Below, in pieces: positions 22,384-33,453 of a stretch of 64,000 nucleotides of DNA. A program made the translations under genes and the position numbers. Within the stretch, counting starts at the first letter, position 1; each line of letters begins with the position of its first letter. The stretch is from Caecitellus pseudoparvulus (taxonomy: Eukaryota > Protista > Bigyra: Bicosoecida), in assembly GCA_965644315.1 (NCBI GenBank), contig CBFFRQ010000066.1, positions 596,032 to 660,031 of the forward strand, given 5' to 3'. Below the pieces are notes generated by a model, which saw only the letters and a list, made by a program, of their open reading frames with translations, was not told the DNA's origin and ran no database searches.

Positions 22384-25248
22384 ATGAACCGCGTCATCAG
22401 CGCCATCTTCCGGCCCCAGCATGGCCAACAGGGGGGCGCCGCGGGCTTTGAGGATGACGATCGACGCAATGAAGGCCGTGGGCGGCAGCAGCGGTCCGTA
22501 TCGGACATGGGTGCGGGTGCTCAGCTGCCACAAGGCACATCCGCAGCAATGAGCTCAGTCCCTGGCTCAGGGGGCCTGCCCTCGTACGGCCGCCACAACA
22601 GCTCTCTGTCAGACTTCGACGGTCTGTCGCAGTCATCTAATGACACCAGTGATGCGCTGTCGCAGCACACGGCCCCAGAGGCGACACCCAGCCGCGGTCG
22701 GGCAGCCTCCGCCGTGCCTCGCACCACGCCTCTGGCACACACGCTGGACCAGGCTGCTCGTCAGGCAGTGAGTGGCTTGTCTTCTCTGCTGGGCATGCAC
22801 GTTTCTTCCTCTCGACAAGGGGGTCGGGGAAGCTCCGCCGGACGCGAACGCCGCCGGGTGGCGCGCGCTGCGTTGCAGCAGGAGGCACGGCATTTGTACA
22901 GACTGCAGGGGCTGCGGCGGCACCGTTTTTCCGCCCTGAAACTGCTCATGTACACGCTGCGCCTGTCTCTTCGTTCGGGCGCTGCCGCGTGGACGGTCAA
23001 GGCCGCTGTGGGGTTCATGTTGGCGTTGGTGAAGCGGCGAGGGTTTCGGTCGGCGTTTCGCAGCGTGGTGGCGCTGGACAACCTCCGCTTCGGTGGCTTC
23101 GTCGCGGCTCTCGTGGCAATTGCGACGGGTGTCAAGTACGCCTTGCGTGTCTTGCGTCAGCGCGCGGACTGGGTGAACGCGGCTGTGGGCGGGGCTGTGG
23201 CCGGCACGGCCATGTTGCTGGATTCTCCGCACCGGCGAACCGGTATCGCACTTTTTGTCGCAGTGCGAGCGGGCTACGCTCTCGTGCACACAGCCATGCG
23301 CCAGCAGTGGCTGCAACGCAGGGATTCCGCCGTGTTCTGGGTGTTTGCAGTGGCCAATGCGCCCCTCACGTACGCTGCCATCCTGGAGCCGTATTTGCTG
23401 GAGCCTGGCTATCGCGGGTGGATGTTCGGCATGGGCGGCATCGACAAGTGCGTCATGGACAGCATGGTTAGGGAAGCATACTGGGGCATCTCTGCCGACA
23501 CACTCCCTGCCCTGTACAGCCTGGCTGCCGCGGTGGGCAGCAAGCACACTGGGAAACACGCTGATGCTGCCGCGGCGCTGGCAGGGTCAGCGGCGGGCAC
23601 TGGTGCAGTGGCCGGTGCACTGACGGTGTACGGGGTGGGCAGTGGACTAGGGCGGCGCAGCGCCTCTGCCTGTGGTGTACCCGCTCAAGGCTGGGTGGGC
23701 GGAGTCATGGGCCCACCAGGGACGCTGCCGCCTGCCGCGCGAAACGCCCGGCCTGCCGCCACATCCGCCCTGTACGATGGCCTGGCACTGCACAAGCTGC
23801 CGTGGATTGTGCGGGCACCCTTGAAGTACTTGCTAGACACACCCACGACTGCCACGTCTCTGGCGCTGGCGCATCGCCGCGCCGTCGCCACGTCGCTGCT
23901 GACGCCGCTGGCACAGCAGCAGCGGCACCGCGCGGCAGTCACGGGCGGACTGGACCGATCACGCGAGCAGGGGGCGGCGCTAGTGCGGTACCAAGCAGCT
24001 GACACCCCTCGACATGCCCGGGCGGCCGTGGCTGAGCGCCTGTATCGTACCGACGCGCTGGTGGACTGTGTTGGCGACTCGGACGCTGCTGGGCAGGTCG
24101 CACTGTCGCAGCTGGGTCGCACGCCGCCGTCCCTGCTCGCAGCAGCTGCCGCACAGCCCCACCTGTACTCTGGACCAGCACACCAGGCAGCCTACCGAGC
24201 TGTGCGGTGTCACAAGCCCGCTGCGGCAGGTGCCCCCGCGCGTCGCGGCCCGTCAGCCTCGTCGCAGTCGACGAGCCTGCTACGAGCAGGGCGTGTTCCG
24301 GTTGTGGATGTGGATGCCGCTGTGCGGCACGGGCAGTGCGGCTGTGGAGGAGATGATCGCAGCGCGAGCTCCCTGCGGCAAGCCCTGCACGCAGTCATGG
24401 GGCAGCGAAGCGGGCGCAGAGGTAGCACCAAACTGGAGAAGGGTGGTGGTTTGCCCACCACTGACGCAGCCGTACCTATTCTGCCATTGCCCCTGCCGCC
24501 AGAGCTGCTGTCCGTGGCTCCAGCGGACCTGTTTCCCGGCGTGCGTGTGGGGCCGCCGGTGTTCAAGCCCTGCCGTCATGCGTGGCACGGCGGTCGCAGC
24601 TGCCTGGTCGCACACGTCGCCGACCTGCCACGCGCCTTCGCAGCCGCTTGCCGCATGTACGCGCCCATCCACATGGTGCCGCTCGTCTTGTTCCGAGCTG
24701 GAACACTGTGGAAGGCGCCCCTCACCAGCCTGCGCAAGGCCGTGCGGGCGGTGTACCAGTCAGCTGCCTTCCTCACGGTGTACGTGTTCTGCGTGCGTGC
24801 AGGTGCGTGCTTGGCTCGCCACATCGTCGGGCCACACTTGGCCTGGTGGCAGTTCGCGGGCATTGCGCCCTTTGCTGCGCTGGGGCTGGCATTCGAGAGC
24901 CCCAAGCGCAACTCTGAGCTGACGCTGTACACCCTCATGCGTGGGCTGGACGTTGTGTGGCAGTTGCTGGAGCGGGAGGGGTGGGTGGCACGCCTAGCAC
25001 ATGGGGAGGTGGCGCTGTTCGCGGCGTCCATGGCGCTGCTGCTGGCACTGCCCCGGTCGGACTTCAAGTCCACGTACAGGTCTGTGTTGAACTTCATGTT
25101 TGGCACGCACAAGGATGCTCGGAGCCTGGTGGCCGAGTTGCCGCCTGGCGCCGAGCGTGTGCACGACACGCCGACGCTGCTCGCTCTGGCGGCCCCGCCC
25201 GCCGCTGAGCTCAGCGCCTTGCACCTGCCGTCTGCTGCAATGCATTGA
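22384..25248 (+). CDS. TMEM135: TMEM135/PMP52-family (Tim17-like) membrane protein with a large low-complexity insertion
   Basis: NLRFGGFV..NAAVGGAVAG..RRTGIALFVAVRA; PC..HGGRSC..MYAPIHMVP..QSAAFL..ESPKRNSELTLYTLMR. Confidence 0.82.
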   Translation: MNRVISAIFRPQHGQQGGAAGFEDDDRRNEGRGRQQRSVSDMGAGAQLPQGTSAAMSSVPGSGGLPSYGRHNSSLSDFDGLSQSSNDTSDALSQHTAPEATPSRGRAASAVPRTTPLAHTLDQAARQAVSGLSSLLGMHVSSSRQGGRGSSAGRERRRVARAALQQEARHLYRLQGLRRHRFSALKLLMYTLRLSLRSGAAAWTVKAAVGFMLALVKRRGFRSAFRSVVALDNLRFGGFVAALVAIATGVKYALRVLRQRADWVNAAVGGAVAGTAMLLDSPHRRTGIALFVAVRAGYALVHTAMRQQWLQRRDSAVFWVFAVANAPLTYAAILEPYLLEPGYRGWMFGMGGIDKCVMDSMVREAYWGISADTLPALYSLAAAVGSKHTGKHADAAAALAGSAAGTGAVAGALTVYGVGSGLGRRSASACGVPAQGWVGGVMGPPGTLPPAARNARPAATSALYDGLALHKLPWIVRAPLKYLLDTPTTATSLALAHRRAVATSLLTPLAQQQRHRAAVTGGLDRSREQGAALVRYQAADTPRHARAAVAERLYRTDALVDCVGDSDAAGQVALSQLGRTPPSLLAAAAAQPHLYSGPAHQAAYRAVRCHKPAAAGAPARRGPSASSQSTSLLRAGRVPVVDVDAAVRHGQCGCGGDDRSASSLRQALHAVMGQRSGRRGSTKLEKGGGLPTTDAAVPILPLPLPPELLSVAPADLFPGVRVGPPVFKPCRHAWHGGRSCLVAHVADLPRAFAAACRMYAPIHMVPLVLFRAGTLWKAPLTSLRKAVRAVYQSAAFLTVYVFCVRAGACLARHIVGPHLAWWQFAGIAPFAALGLAFESPKRNSELTLYTLMRGLDVVWQLLEREGWVARLAHGEVALFAASMALLLALPRSDFKSTYRSVLNFMFGTHKDARSLVAELPPGAERVHDTPTLLALAAPPAAELSALHLPSAAMH
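25238..25247. terminator. Palindromic CAATGCATTG at the convergent TMEM135/SF3B3 ends
   Basis: Perfect 10-bp palindrome overlapping the TMEM135 stop, about 20 nt past the SF3B3 stop. Confidence 0.45.
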
Positions 25249-25267
25249 GAGCCACCCAGGCCACGCC

Positions 25268-28200
25268 CTACAGCACCTTTGCCCGGCGCTCCTCCACCCG
25301 GCGCACCACCTCCGGCAGGGCCTTGCCGAGGTTCCCCGCGATGTGTTCCTGCAGTTTGTGCGGCAGGGAGAGCAGCAGTTCGCACAGGTCGCCGTCCAGG
25401 ACGCGCTTGACGGGGATGAAGGCGCCTCGGTAGGCCATGTGGTCGCGGCCCAGCAGGGAGCACGCCTTTTCGTTCCGAAGGTACAGCTCCAGGTGTGTGA
25501 AGAAGTCAACTTCCGCTTGGGACACGCAGGGCGCCAGGGCGCCAATGCGGCCGGCAATGGTCGCGTAGAGGATGACTTCCTGCCCCCCAGGCATGAGTGC
25601 TTTGCGCAGGGAGGTGACGACTTCGCCCACGTGGAAGTGCGCCAGGACGTTGAGTTTGTTGGGGGCACCGCCCAGAGCGCTGCCGCCCCACAGGGCTCCC
25701 GTTCCCGCGTCCGCCCCGCCGTCCTCTGTGTAGTCCGGCGGCAGGCGCAGCACTGCGACGTTGCCAAAGCGGTCTGCGACGGTGACTGTGTCGTGGTCCA
25801 GCAGCGTCATGGCCGTCGTGGCGCGGGGGTACGTGTCGTCTGCGAAAACGGCGAAACGCCCCGAGCCCCGGTTGAACCGCACGAACGACACACTCTCGGC
25901 GGCGTCTCCCACGAACACGCGGTCGCCCGACGTCAGCAGCCGCGTGATGGCGGTGGGGAACGGCCTGCTCTCCGCCTTGCGCAGCAGTGTGCGCTTGCCC
26001 AGGTCGTACAGGCGCAGGCGCGAACCAACGCCAACCAGCAACTTGCCCTGGAACGCCGCCTGGGCCCGGGGGATGTCTTCCACTTCCGTGGAGTGCACCA
26101 GCTGCAGTGCCCCTGCCAGGTCCACAGTGTACACGTGCAGGGCGCCGCCTGCGTGGCGCAGGGGGTGGTACTTGACCTGCTTCCCCGTGCCCACGACAAT
26201 GTACGCCTGACTGCCCTTGTCGGGAAACGTGACGTACGAGACGGAAAAGGCGGCCTGGTCGCCGTCCAGCTCCACGACCGCCTTGGTCTCCTTCGACGCC
26301 GTGTCCACGATGCGCAGGGCAGAGGCCCAGCGGTGTTCCTCGGCAGGCTGCAGCAGGCCCACCTGCCGAGTGTCAGTTGGCGGGGCGGCGCCACCTTCGC
26401 CACTCTCCTCTGCCAGCACGGCTGCCAGTGCCTCTCGCTCCACGGCAGGGCAGGTGTTGTGGTCTGCTTCCACCACTGCGACGAGGGATGTGCCGGTGAT
26501 GGGCACGGCTGCGCGGGGTGTGTAGGCCAGTGGCACGTCACTTGTGTTGAAGGCGTGCTTGGCGTGGCTGAGGGTGAAGAAGCGCAGGGTGGAGCCAGAG
26601 GCCGCCACAACGCCCTCAGGGCACAGCTCTGTCGAGAAGGCCGTGGCGTGCTGCAAGGGGTCGTAGTCCAGCGGCGAGCAGGCGTACCGCCCCCGCACCT
26701 CTGCACACAGCCACGCTCGGGACGACAGCGCCAGCACGGCCGTACGACCCTCCACCACTGTTGGCACGAGTTTGACAGGGGCGCCGCCCATGACACGCAT
26801 GCGGCTGTCTGTGAGGGTGCCTGCTGCCGCGTCCACCACCGCCCGGTACATGAGGCCGTTGTTCAGGCCGATGAAGGCGAAGAGGGTAGGGGCGGCGGCC
26901 GCTCCCCCTGCCGGCGAGTCTGGGGTCAGTCGCACGAGGGCTAGGGACGCCACGGGGGCCATGACTGCCAGCGCAGACACCTGCTGCAGGCGGGTGCCTT
27001 CCGTGTCCATGCTCAGTACTCGCACGGCGTTTGATGTGTCGGCGATGGCGGCGAAACGCGCCAGACGCCGCCCCGGCGCCCGAGCCCCCAGCGCGATGGC
27101 CGTCGCCTTCACGCCGATGTCACGCCGCAGCACCTCGCCCAGGCCGCCCACGGCATCCACCTCAAAGTACACGAGGGTGGTCGTGCCGTCTGCGGTGGGG
27201 GTCAGGGCCAGCAACACTTGCGCGTCGTTCACAGCTGCGAACTGCAACGTGCGCCCATCGGGGGGGTGCCACTGCTGTACGCGGCGCTCGCCCTCAGCCC
27301 CCACCTGCACCACCACGACGGTGTGTGGCGTGACCTGCACATACGCGCCGCGTGTCAGGCGAGTCACTGCCAGGGTGGGCGCGTCAGTGATGAAGCCGCT
27401 GTCCTGGACCTGCTCCACACTGGCGCCCACAGACAGCACCAGGGTGGCGTCTGTGAAGGACACGACGATGTACTTGTCAAAAGCCTCGCGCCCACTGCGT
27501 GTGAGGGCCTCCAGCGTCATGCCCACTCCCTGCGCCGCCTCCGCGGTGATGGTGGTGTCGTGCCCCTGCACTGTCCACACCGCCTGCGGCACGCCCGGCA
27601 TAGGCGAGCTGACCAGTTCCCGCACAGGCGTGCCCTGCTTCAGCAGGCGCAGCGTGGAGTTGGGCCCACGCCCACACAGCGCCAGGTACTGCGAATCGCC
27701 CACCAAGGCTGCTGCGTCCAGGCCCCCCGCTGCTGAGCTGGCACTGGCAGCCGCTGCGCCGGGGAGGCTGCTCCCCGCCCCCTGCAGCACCTGTAGGTCC
27801 AGAATGGGTGCCAGGCTGGAGGAGGTGTGCACGCGGCGGAGGTTGGCCAGGGGCCGTGGCGCGAAGGTCTCGCAGGTGACGGAGCTGGCGTCTGGCTGTA
27901 GAGCATGGGCGATGGCGGTGGTGTCGCCCTCGCCCATGGACGTGAAGGAATACACGCTGTGGTCCCCGAACTCCGACCCTGCGAAGAGGAAACCCTTCTT
28001 GGTCACGGCCAGCGCCGCGGTGGGGGGGATGCTGTCGAAGTACTGTACGACGAGGTCAGTTGCGCCGCCGGTGTCCGGGGACACGGGCAGGGTGACCTTG
28101 TACAGGTCGCCCAGCTCCGACTGCAGCATGATGAAGCCCACGCGCTTGTGCCTGTGCACGCTGGAGGCGATGATCATCAGCTCCCGGTCATCCGGCATGT

Positions 28201-29181
28201 CTGTGCGCCGGGGCAGCACTGTGCGCAGGGTGGGGTGCCCCTCCCGATGCCACAGCAGCAGGTTCTCGGAGCACACCAGAACGCCGCCAGGGCCAAAGTC
28301 CCCCCCCGGCACCGGCACCAGCATGTGTGCCGCCCGGTCCGTCTCTTCCACAGCCTTGCGTACGACGTGGTTCAGGCCCAGGTCCAGCTCATACGTCGCC
28401 AGCAGTTTGGGCGTGTCGCTGGCCGCCTCCCCCGATGGGTCCTCATCCGCCGCCCCATACTCCACCTCCAGGCAGGCAAAGGCGGGGTTGCTGACGCCGA
28501 CGTCCAGGCCCGTCACGTCCAGCGTCAGCGTGGTGGCCCGGTGTGCCTCCAGCGGTGAGGAGATGGTGGGCGTGCCGCCCGAGTCCCGGTTCAGCACGTA
28601 CACGAACTTCTGCTTCTCCACGGCGCCCACCAGCACCGACCGCCCAGCAGGGTCCACGGCCAGGTACTCGCCCGGCACTGCCCGGCGCACGCCTGACTTG
28701 CCGTACGTCTCCAGGTGCACGCTGCGCCAGCTGCCAGCTGCGGCGTCAAACTCCAGCATGGCGAAGGTGCCGGCGTCCGAGGCGACGACCAGGAAGTCCG
28801 TCTTGGAGCCTGCAAAGGGGAAATTCGGGACGTCAGACACTTGGAAGGCGGCAGGGACGCACAGTGGTCCTCCTCGCGTTCGTACCGAGCATGCGCAGAG
28901 GGGCCAGGCGCCGCACAGCGGCAAAGACGTCTGCGGTGGCCACCGACTCCAGCTCGCCTGTGCTGGAGCTGATGCGGAAGAGCTCCAGGGAATTGCCATG
29001 GGACACCACGACCTCCTGGGCCTTGGGCGCGGTGAAGGAGCCTGGGCAGGGGCGGGGGCGGCGGGGCTGTGGTTGCGCCGGAGGCTGGTGCGGAGTTTGC
29101 AGACACCAGCGGCAGTCACCCACCGTGCACAGCGTGCGCCACAGCGCCTGGGCGCTGCAGGGTCAGGTTGTACAGGTGCAT
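25268..29181 (-). CDS. SF3B3: Splicing factor 3B subunit 3 (SAP130/Rse1)
   Basis: ATG at 29181 (MHLYNLTLQ), two short introns. HLETYGKSGVRRAVPGEYLAVDPAGR, ISSPLEAH, YELDLGLNHVVRK, YDLGKRTLLRKAE, LLGRDHMAYRG..DGDLCE. Confidence 0.97.
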
Positions 29182-29715
29182 GCTGTGCTAAGCTGCGCCA
29201 GGCACCCGTTCCACGGCCCCGAACTGGTCGGTGGTCAGCGCGGCAGGGGCGCCGTGCTCTGCCCTGCGGAAGATGAACGGCAGCAGCCCAAGACACCCAA
29301 GACACTGCTCCACTGCGTCGAGTGGGCAGGGCGCTGTGGCTGTCAGTGGGCTGTCGTGCCTTCAAGAGTGGTTGGCTGCCGCAAGTGCTCCTTTCCTGCC
29401 GCCCCCCCCCCCGCACAGTCCGGCAAGGGTGCCGCTCCACACTCAGCGTGCCGACGCAAAATGATGCCACCCCATTCCACGGCATCGCTGGAACGGCCCG
29501 GCGACTGCACTTGCTGCTCTTGCAGCTGCACAGCTCAATGCAGGCACGTATTACGTCTCCCTGTCCCCTGCCAAGTCCCAGTACCGCGAGGGAGCGTGCT
29601 CGTAGCACTTGGTCCGAAGCTGAGGCGTGCTGCGGAATTTGCGCCGCCCCCATCCGTCAGCTGGTTCCTCGTCCCCGCACCCTCTCCCATCCGACCACCT
29701 GAGCTGTGAAGCAAC

Positions 29716-30759
29716 ATGGCAGACACAGACGACAGTTCTGGCGCAGCGCCAGACGCCCCCGCCAGCTGTGGGCAGGAGTCGGCCGGCGCAGCCCAAAGCA
29801 GCAACCACCTCACCTCTGCGCCGCCCGACAAGGCGAACTTGAGCGGGCGCCTGGCCACCCTTGCCCGCAAGTATGCCGCAGAGCACGACTCCTCCACGAC
29901 CTCCCTGCCCGACTTTGTGCACGGTGCCGCTGCTGCATTTGTCAACATCCTCGTCACCTTCCCTGTGAACAAGGTCATGTTTCGGCAGCAGGCGGAGAAC
30001 TTGACCGTGCAGCGTGCCGTGCAGTCCGTGCAGCATGAGGGACTGAGTCAGCTGTACCGAGGCGTCGGCCCACCCCTCCTGCAGCGCAGCTTGTCCATGT
30101 CCCTCATGTTCGGGCTGTACGACGCGTACTACAAGGCGCTCAAACGGTGGCAGTTGCTGACGTCGCACTGGACCTGCAGCGTCACTGCTGCGTTGGCAGC
30201 CGGGTCAACAGAGGCGTTGCTGGCACCCTTGGAGCGTGTGCAGACCCTCCTGCAGCACAGGCGCTTCACAGAGCGCTTCGACAACACCTGGGACACTGCC
30301 GTGAAACTGCGCCCCCTAGGCGTGCGGGAGTACTACCGCGGAGTCTCTGCCATCCTCCTGCGCAACGGCCCCTCCAACGCGCTTTTCTTCACCCTGCGGG
30401 AGCCGCTGCGGGACATCCTGCCCACCTCGGACTCCCCGTCATGGGGCCTGCTCCGCGATTTCTTCTCGGGAGCACTCCTGGGCGCCTCCCTGTCCACCGC
30501 CTTCTTCCCCCTCAACGTCGCGAAGACCATGATGCAGAGCCAGCTGGGCGGACCGCACCCTGGCGTCGTGCCTGTGCTGCGCCGCGTCCTCGCCGAGCGT
30601 GGCTCGTGGGGCAAGCTGTACCGAGGCGTGCAGGTGAATTTTTCACGCTCCCTCCTCTCCTGGGGCATCATCAACTGCACCTTCGAGGCCTGCCAGCGGT
30701 ACGACGTCTTCGGCCTGCAAGCCGCCACACAGGCGCCTGAAGAGTGGGCTGACAGGTGA
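29716..30759 (+). CDS. Mitochondrial carrier, SLC25A51/MCART1-like (NAD+ transporter family)
   Basis: GAAAAFVNILVTFPVNKVMFRQQ, AGSTEALLAPLERVQTLLQ, EYYRG..ILLRNGPSN, FFPLNVAK and RSLLSWGIIN are characteristic of the SLC25A51 clade. Confidence 0.85.
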   Translation: MADTDDSSGAAPDAPASCGQESAGAAQSSNHLTSAPPDKANLSGRLATLARKYAAEHDSSTTSLPDFVHGAAAAFVNILVTFPVNKVMFRQQAENLTVQRAVQSVQHEGLSQLYRGVGPPLLQRSLSMSLMFGLYDAYYKALKRWQLLTSHWTCSVTAALAAGSTEALLAPLERVQTLLQHRRFTERFDNTWDTAVKLRPLGVREYYRGVSAILLRNGPSNALFFTLREPLRDILPTSDSPSWGLLRDFFSGALLGASLSTAFFPLNVAKTMMQSQLGGPHPGVVPVLRRVLAERGSWGKLYRGVQVNFSRSLLSWGIINCTFEACQRYDVFGLQAATQAPEEWADR

Positions 30760-31361
30760 CGCTGCAGTGCCCCGCTGTGCCAGTGCGTGTGCCTGTGCTG
30801 TCGAGTTCGGGTGCGAGGTCAGCGGGGCGCGTGGCGGGAGATGTGGCCGCAAAGCAAGCCTGGTGGGTTGAACTGTATAACGGCACAGCTTGGGCGCCTT
30901 GCCGTGCTTGGCGTTTGGCAAGGCTGTGCTGTTGCCGGCACACTTCGCTGGTTGGTCAGCGTGTGGTGATGTGTTGCGTGATTTGGCGCATGGCGCGGTG
31001 GTGAAGCGCCGAGCCGGAAGGCATGCAAGCCTCCAAGGCAGGCAGGAGCGGCATTGGGACTAGCAGTGCGATGATATAGCTTGTGGGGGTGCTGGTAGGG
31101 TCGGGCGTGGCAGCGAGATCGGCTCAGCACGCCTTGGGAGCGCTGCATTTGAGCCTGGAATCGTCGCGCATTCAGGCGGCAATGCAGACCAGGCAGGTTG
31201 GTCACTGTCCTGCAGTGGTCAAAATTATCACCCCCATCGTCAACGCATATCCCCTTTTGAAACGCATGAGTCGTACGATACTGCGCCGAGCCGCCTGTGC
31301 CGCTTGCGCGGGCGAGTTGGTTGGTGTGTGTGGCAAGTGCGGAAAGTGGAGCCACCACGCC

Positions 31362-33206
31362 ATGGCCGAAGGCAGCGACAGGCCGTCAGTGGTGGGGCGA
31401 TGGAAGGCAGCATGTGATGGTGAGCAGGCAGATGAGCTGCTGAGCATACTGGGGGAGTGTTGTGACGGCGCAGGCGGGGGGTTAGATGGGTTGTCAAGTG
31501 TCGAGACAACGGCTGGCTTCATGGTGGCTTGCAGAGCTGGTCACGTTGGGCTGCTGCGTGCGCTGCTGGCGTTGGAGGGGGAGCTTGCTGTGGATGTGCA
31601 CGCTGAAGGTGAGGATGGGCCTGAGGCTGGCTTCCTGGCTGCCTGTCAGGAAGGGCACCTCGATGTGGTGCGCGAGCTGCTGGCTCTGACGGGCGACCGT
31701 GAAGTGGACGTGCATGCTGGGGATCAGAGTGGGCCTGAAGCTGGCTTCCGGGCAGCCTGTGAGCATGGTCACTTTGGTGTGGTGCGGGAGCTGTTGGCGC
31801 TGAGGGGTCATCGCGAGGTTGATGTTAATGCTTGGAGTTGGCTCGGACCTGAGCATGGCTTCAGTGTTGCTTGTAAGAATGGACATGTTGATGTGGTGCG
31901 CGAGCTGTTGGCGCTGAGGGGGCATCGTGATCTAGTTTCTCGTGGGTGGCTCAAATACTTGAGGAAGTACTTGAGGGGGTCTTTCAAGCTTGATCTGGTT
32001 CTGGCTGTGCTGCTTGTGATGATTCTGGTATCGGGTTTCTGTATGTATGCAGATGCAAAGGAGCATGCAGGGCTTACTTGCGATTTTTTCGGTTACTTTC
32101 AGTGGTATTGTTCCTTTCGGCATGTGGGTGTGAGGGGTGAGACTCAGTGGCCGTCTTTTCACCTTGAAGCGGAAGGTTTGGGGATGCACTCCACGGGTTT
32201 ACATGCGATTGCTTGTTCCTTGTTGATATTCGCGGGGCTGTTCTTCGTGAGGCTCGGTGGCCCTGTTCTTGCCATGGGCGCACACACCCAAGTCAACGGC
32301 ACGGCTGAGCAAGGGTTTCAAGGGGCTTGTGAGAATGGCCATGTCAGGGTGGTGCGTGAGTTACTGGCTCTGACGGGTGATCGAGCTGTGGATGTGCATG
32401 GTGGGCCCGACGGCAGTCCTGAGGCTGGCTTTCGTGCTGCCTGTGCGAACGGGCATTTGGATGTGGTGCGGGAGCTTCTGGCACTGACGGGGGCTCGTGA
32501 GGTTGATGTCCATGCTGGGCCTGAGAGCGAGTCTGAGGCTGCCTTCAGACTCGCCTGCCAGCGCGGGCAAATTAATGTGGTGCGGGAGCTACTGGACCTC
32601 ACTGGTCATCGTGAGGTCGATGTGCACGCTGGATGTAAGGGTGAGCCCGAGCTTGCCTTCAGGCTTGCTTGTCGCTATGGGCACATTGATGTGGTGCGCG
32701 AGCTGCTGGCACTGACGGGTGATCGAGCTGTGGATGTGCATGCTGGGCCTGAGGGTGAACCTGAGTATGGTTTCCGACGCGCGTGTCAGGCCGGGCACAT
32801 TGATGTGGTGCGAGAGCTGCTGGCTTTGACAGGTGACCGTGAGGTGGACGTGCATGCTGGGGATGGAAGTGGGCCTGAGGCTGGGTTCCGATATGCTTGT
32901 CAACAAGGGCACATAGATGTGGTGCGCGAACTGCTGGCCCTTTCGGGCCATCGCAAGGTGGACGTGCATGCTGGACCTGAGGGGGAACCTGAGTCTGCCT
33001 TCCGGCTTGCCTGTGCGAATGGGCACGATGAAGTGGTGCGCGAGCTGCTGGCGTTGACGGGGGCTCGAACAATTCCACTCGAGGCTAGACGCGTCATGGG
33101 GATGAAGGAGGCCTCACAGCTCACCAAAGATGCTGTTTGGACTGGCACTAGCACTCGGCCAAGTCGGAGAGACATGCTCCTTTTGCGGGTTACTTGGCGC
33201 TCTTGA
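31362..33206 (+). CDS. 38-aa ankyrin-repeat protein (same family as 17991-20576) with an internal two-TM segment
   Basis: Repeat starts at 31509, 31623, 31737, 31851, then 32307, 32421, 32535, 32649, 32763, 32877, 32991. Hydrophobic stretches LVLAVLLVMILVSGFCMY and AIACSLLIFAGLFFV lie between 31930 and 32300. Confidence 0.85.
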   Translation: MAEGSDRPSVVGRWKAACDGEQADELLSILGECCDGAGGGLDGLSSVETTAGFMVACRAGHVGLLRALLALEGELAVDVHAEGEDGPEAGFLAACQEGHLDVVRELLALTGDREVDVHAGDQSGPEAGFRAACEHGHFGVVRELLALRGHREVDVNAWSWLGPEHGFSVACKNGHVDVVRELLALRGHRDLVSRGWLKYLRKYLRGSFKLDLVLAVLLVMILVSGFCMYADAKEHAGLTCDFFGYFQWYCSFRHVGVRGETQWPSFHLEAEGLGMHSTGLHAIACSLLIFAGLFFVRLGGPVLAMGAHTQVNGTAEQGFQGACENGHVRVVRELLALTGDRAVDVHGGPDGSPEAGFRAACANGHLDVVRELLALTGAREVDVHAGPESESEAAFRLACQRGQINVVRELLDLTGHREVDVHAGCKGEPELAFRLACRYGHIDVVRELLALTGDRAVDVHAGPEGEPEYGFRRACQAGHIDVVRELLALTGDREVDVHAGDGSGPEAGFRYACQQGHIDVVRELLALSGHRKVDVHAGPEGEPESAFRLACANGHDEVVRELLALTGARTIPLEARRVMGMKEASQLTKDAVWTGTSTRPSRRDMLLLRVTWRS

Positions 33207-33453
33207 AGATTCCAGCTGAGCTGGGGACTTCCTTGCAGCCGGCAGTGTGCTCAACTCCGGGCAGGAAGATTGATCTTCAGTCTGTTGGGATTGTATGGAT
33301 GATATTGCCAGTACACGGGGCCGTTGTGATCGAAGTGGTTCGCATTCACGGCTGGGCAGCTCCAGACACCCTCTGTGCGCTGTCTCCTTCCACATGCAAG
33401 GCTACCACAGTGAAATCAGCTAAAACAATACGCAAACAATGCATTCTTGCGGC

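Noticed and set aside
26772-29276. Very long antisense ORFs (834 aa here; also 43607-45985, 53104-55329, 18455-20485, 57497-59350)
   Set aside because: These are shadow frames opposite real genes. High GC and codon bias suppress stops, and the translations are Ser/Ala/Arg-rich with no motifs.
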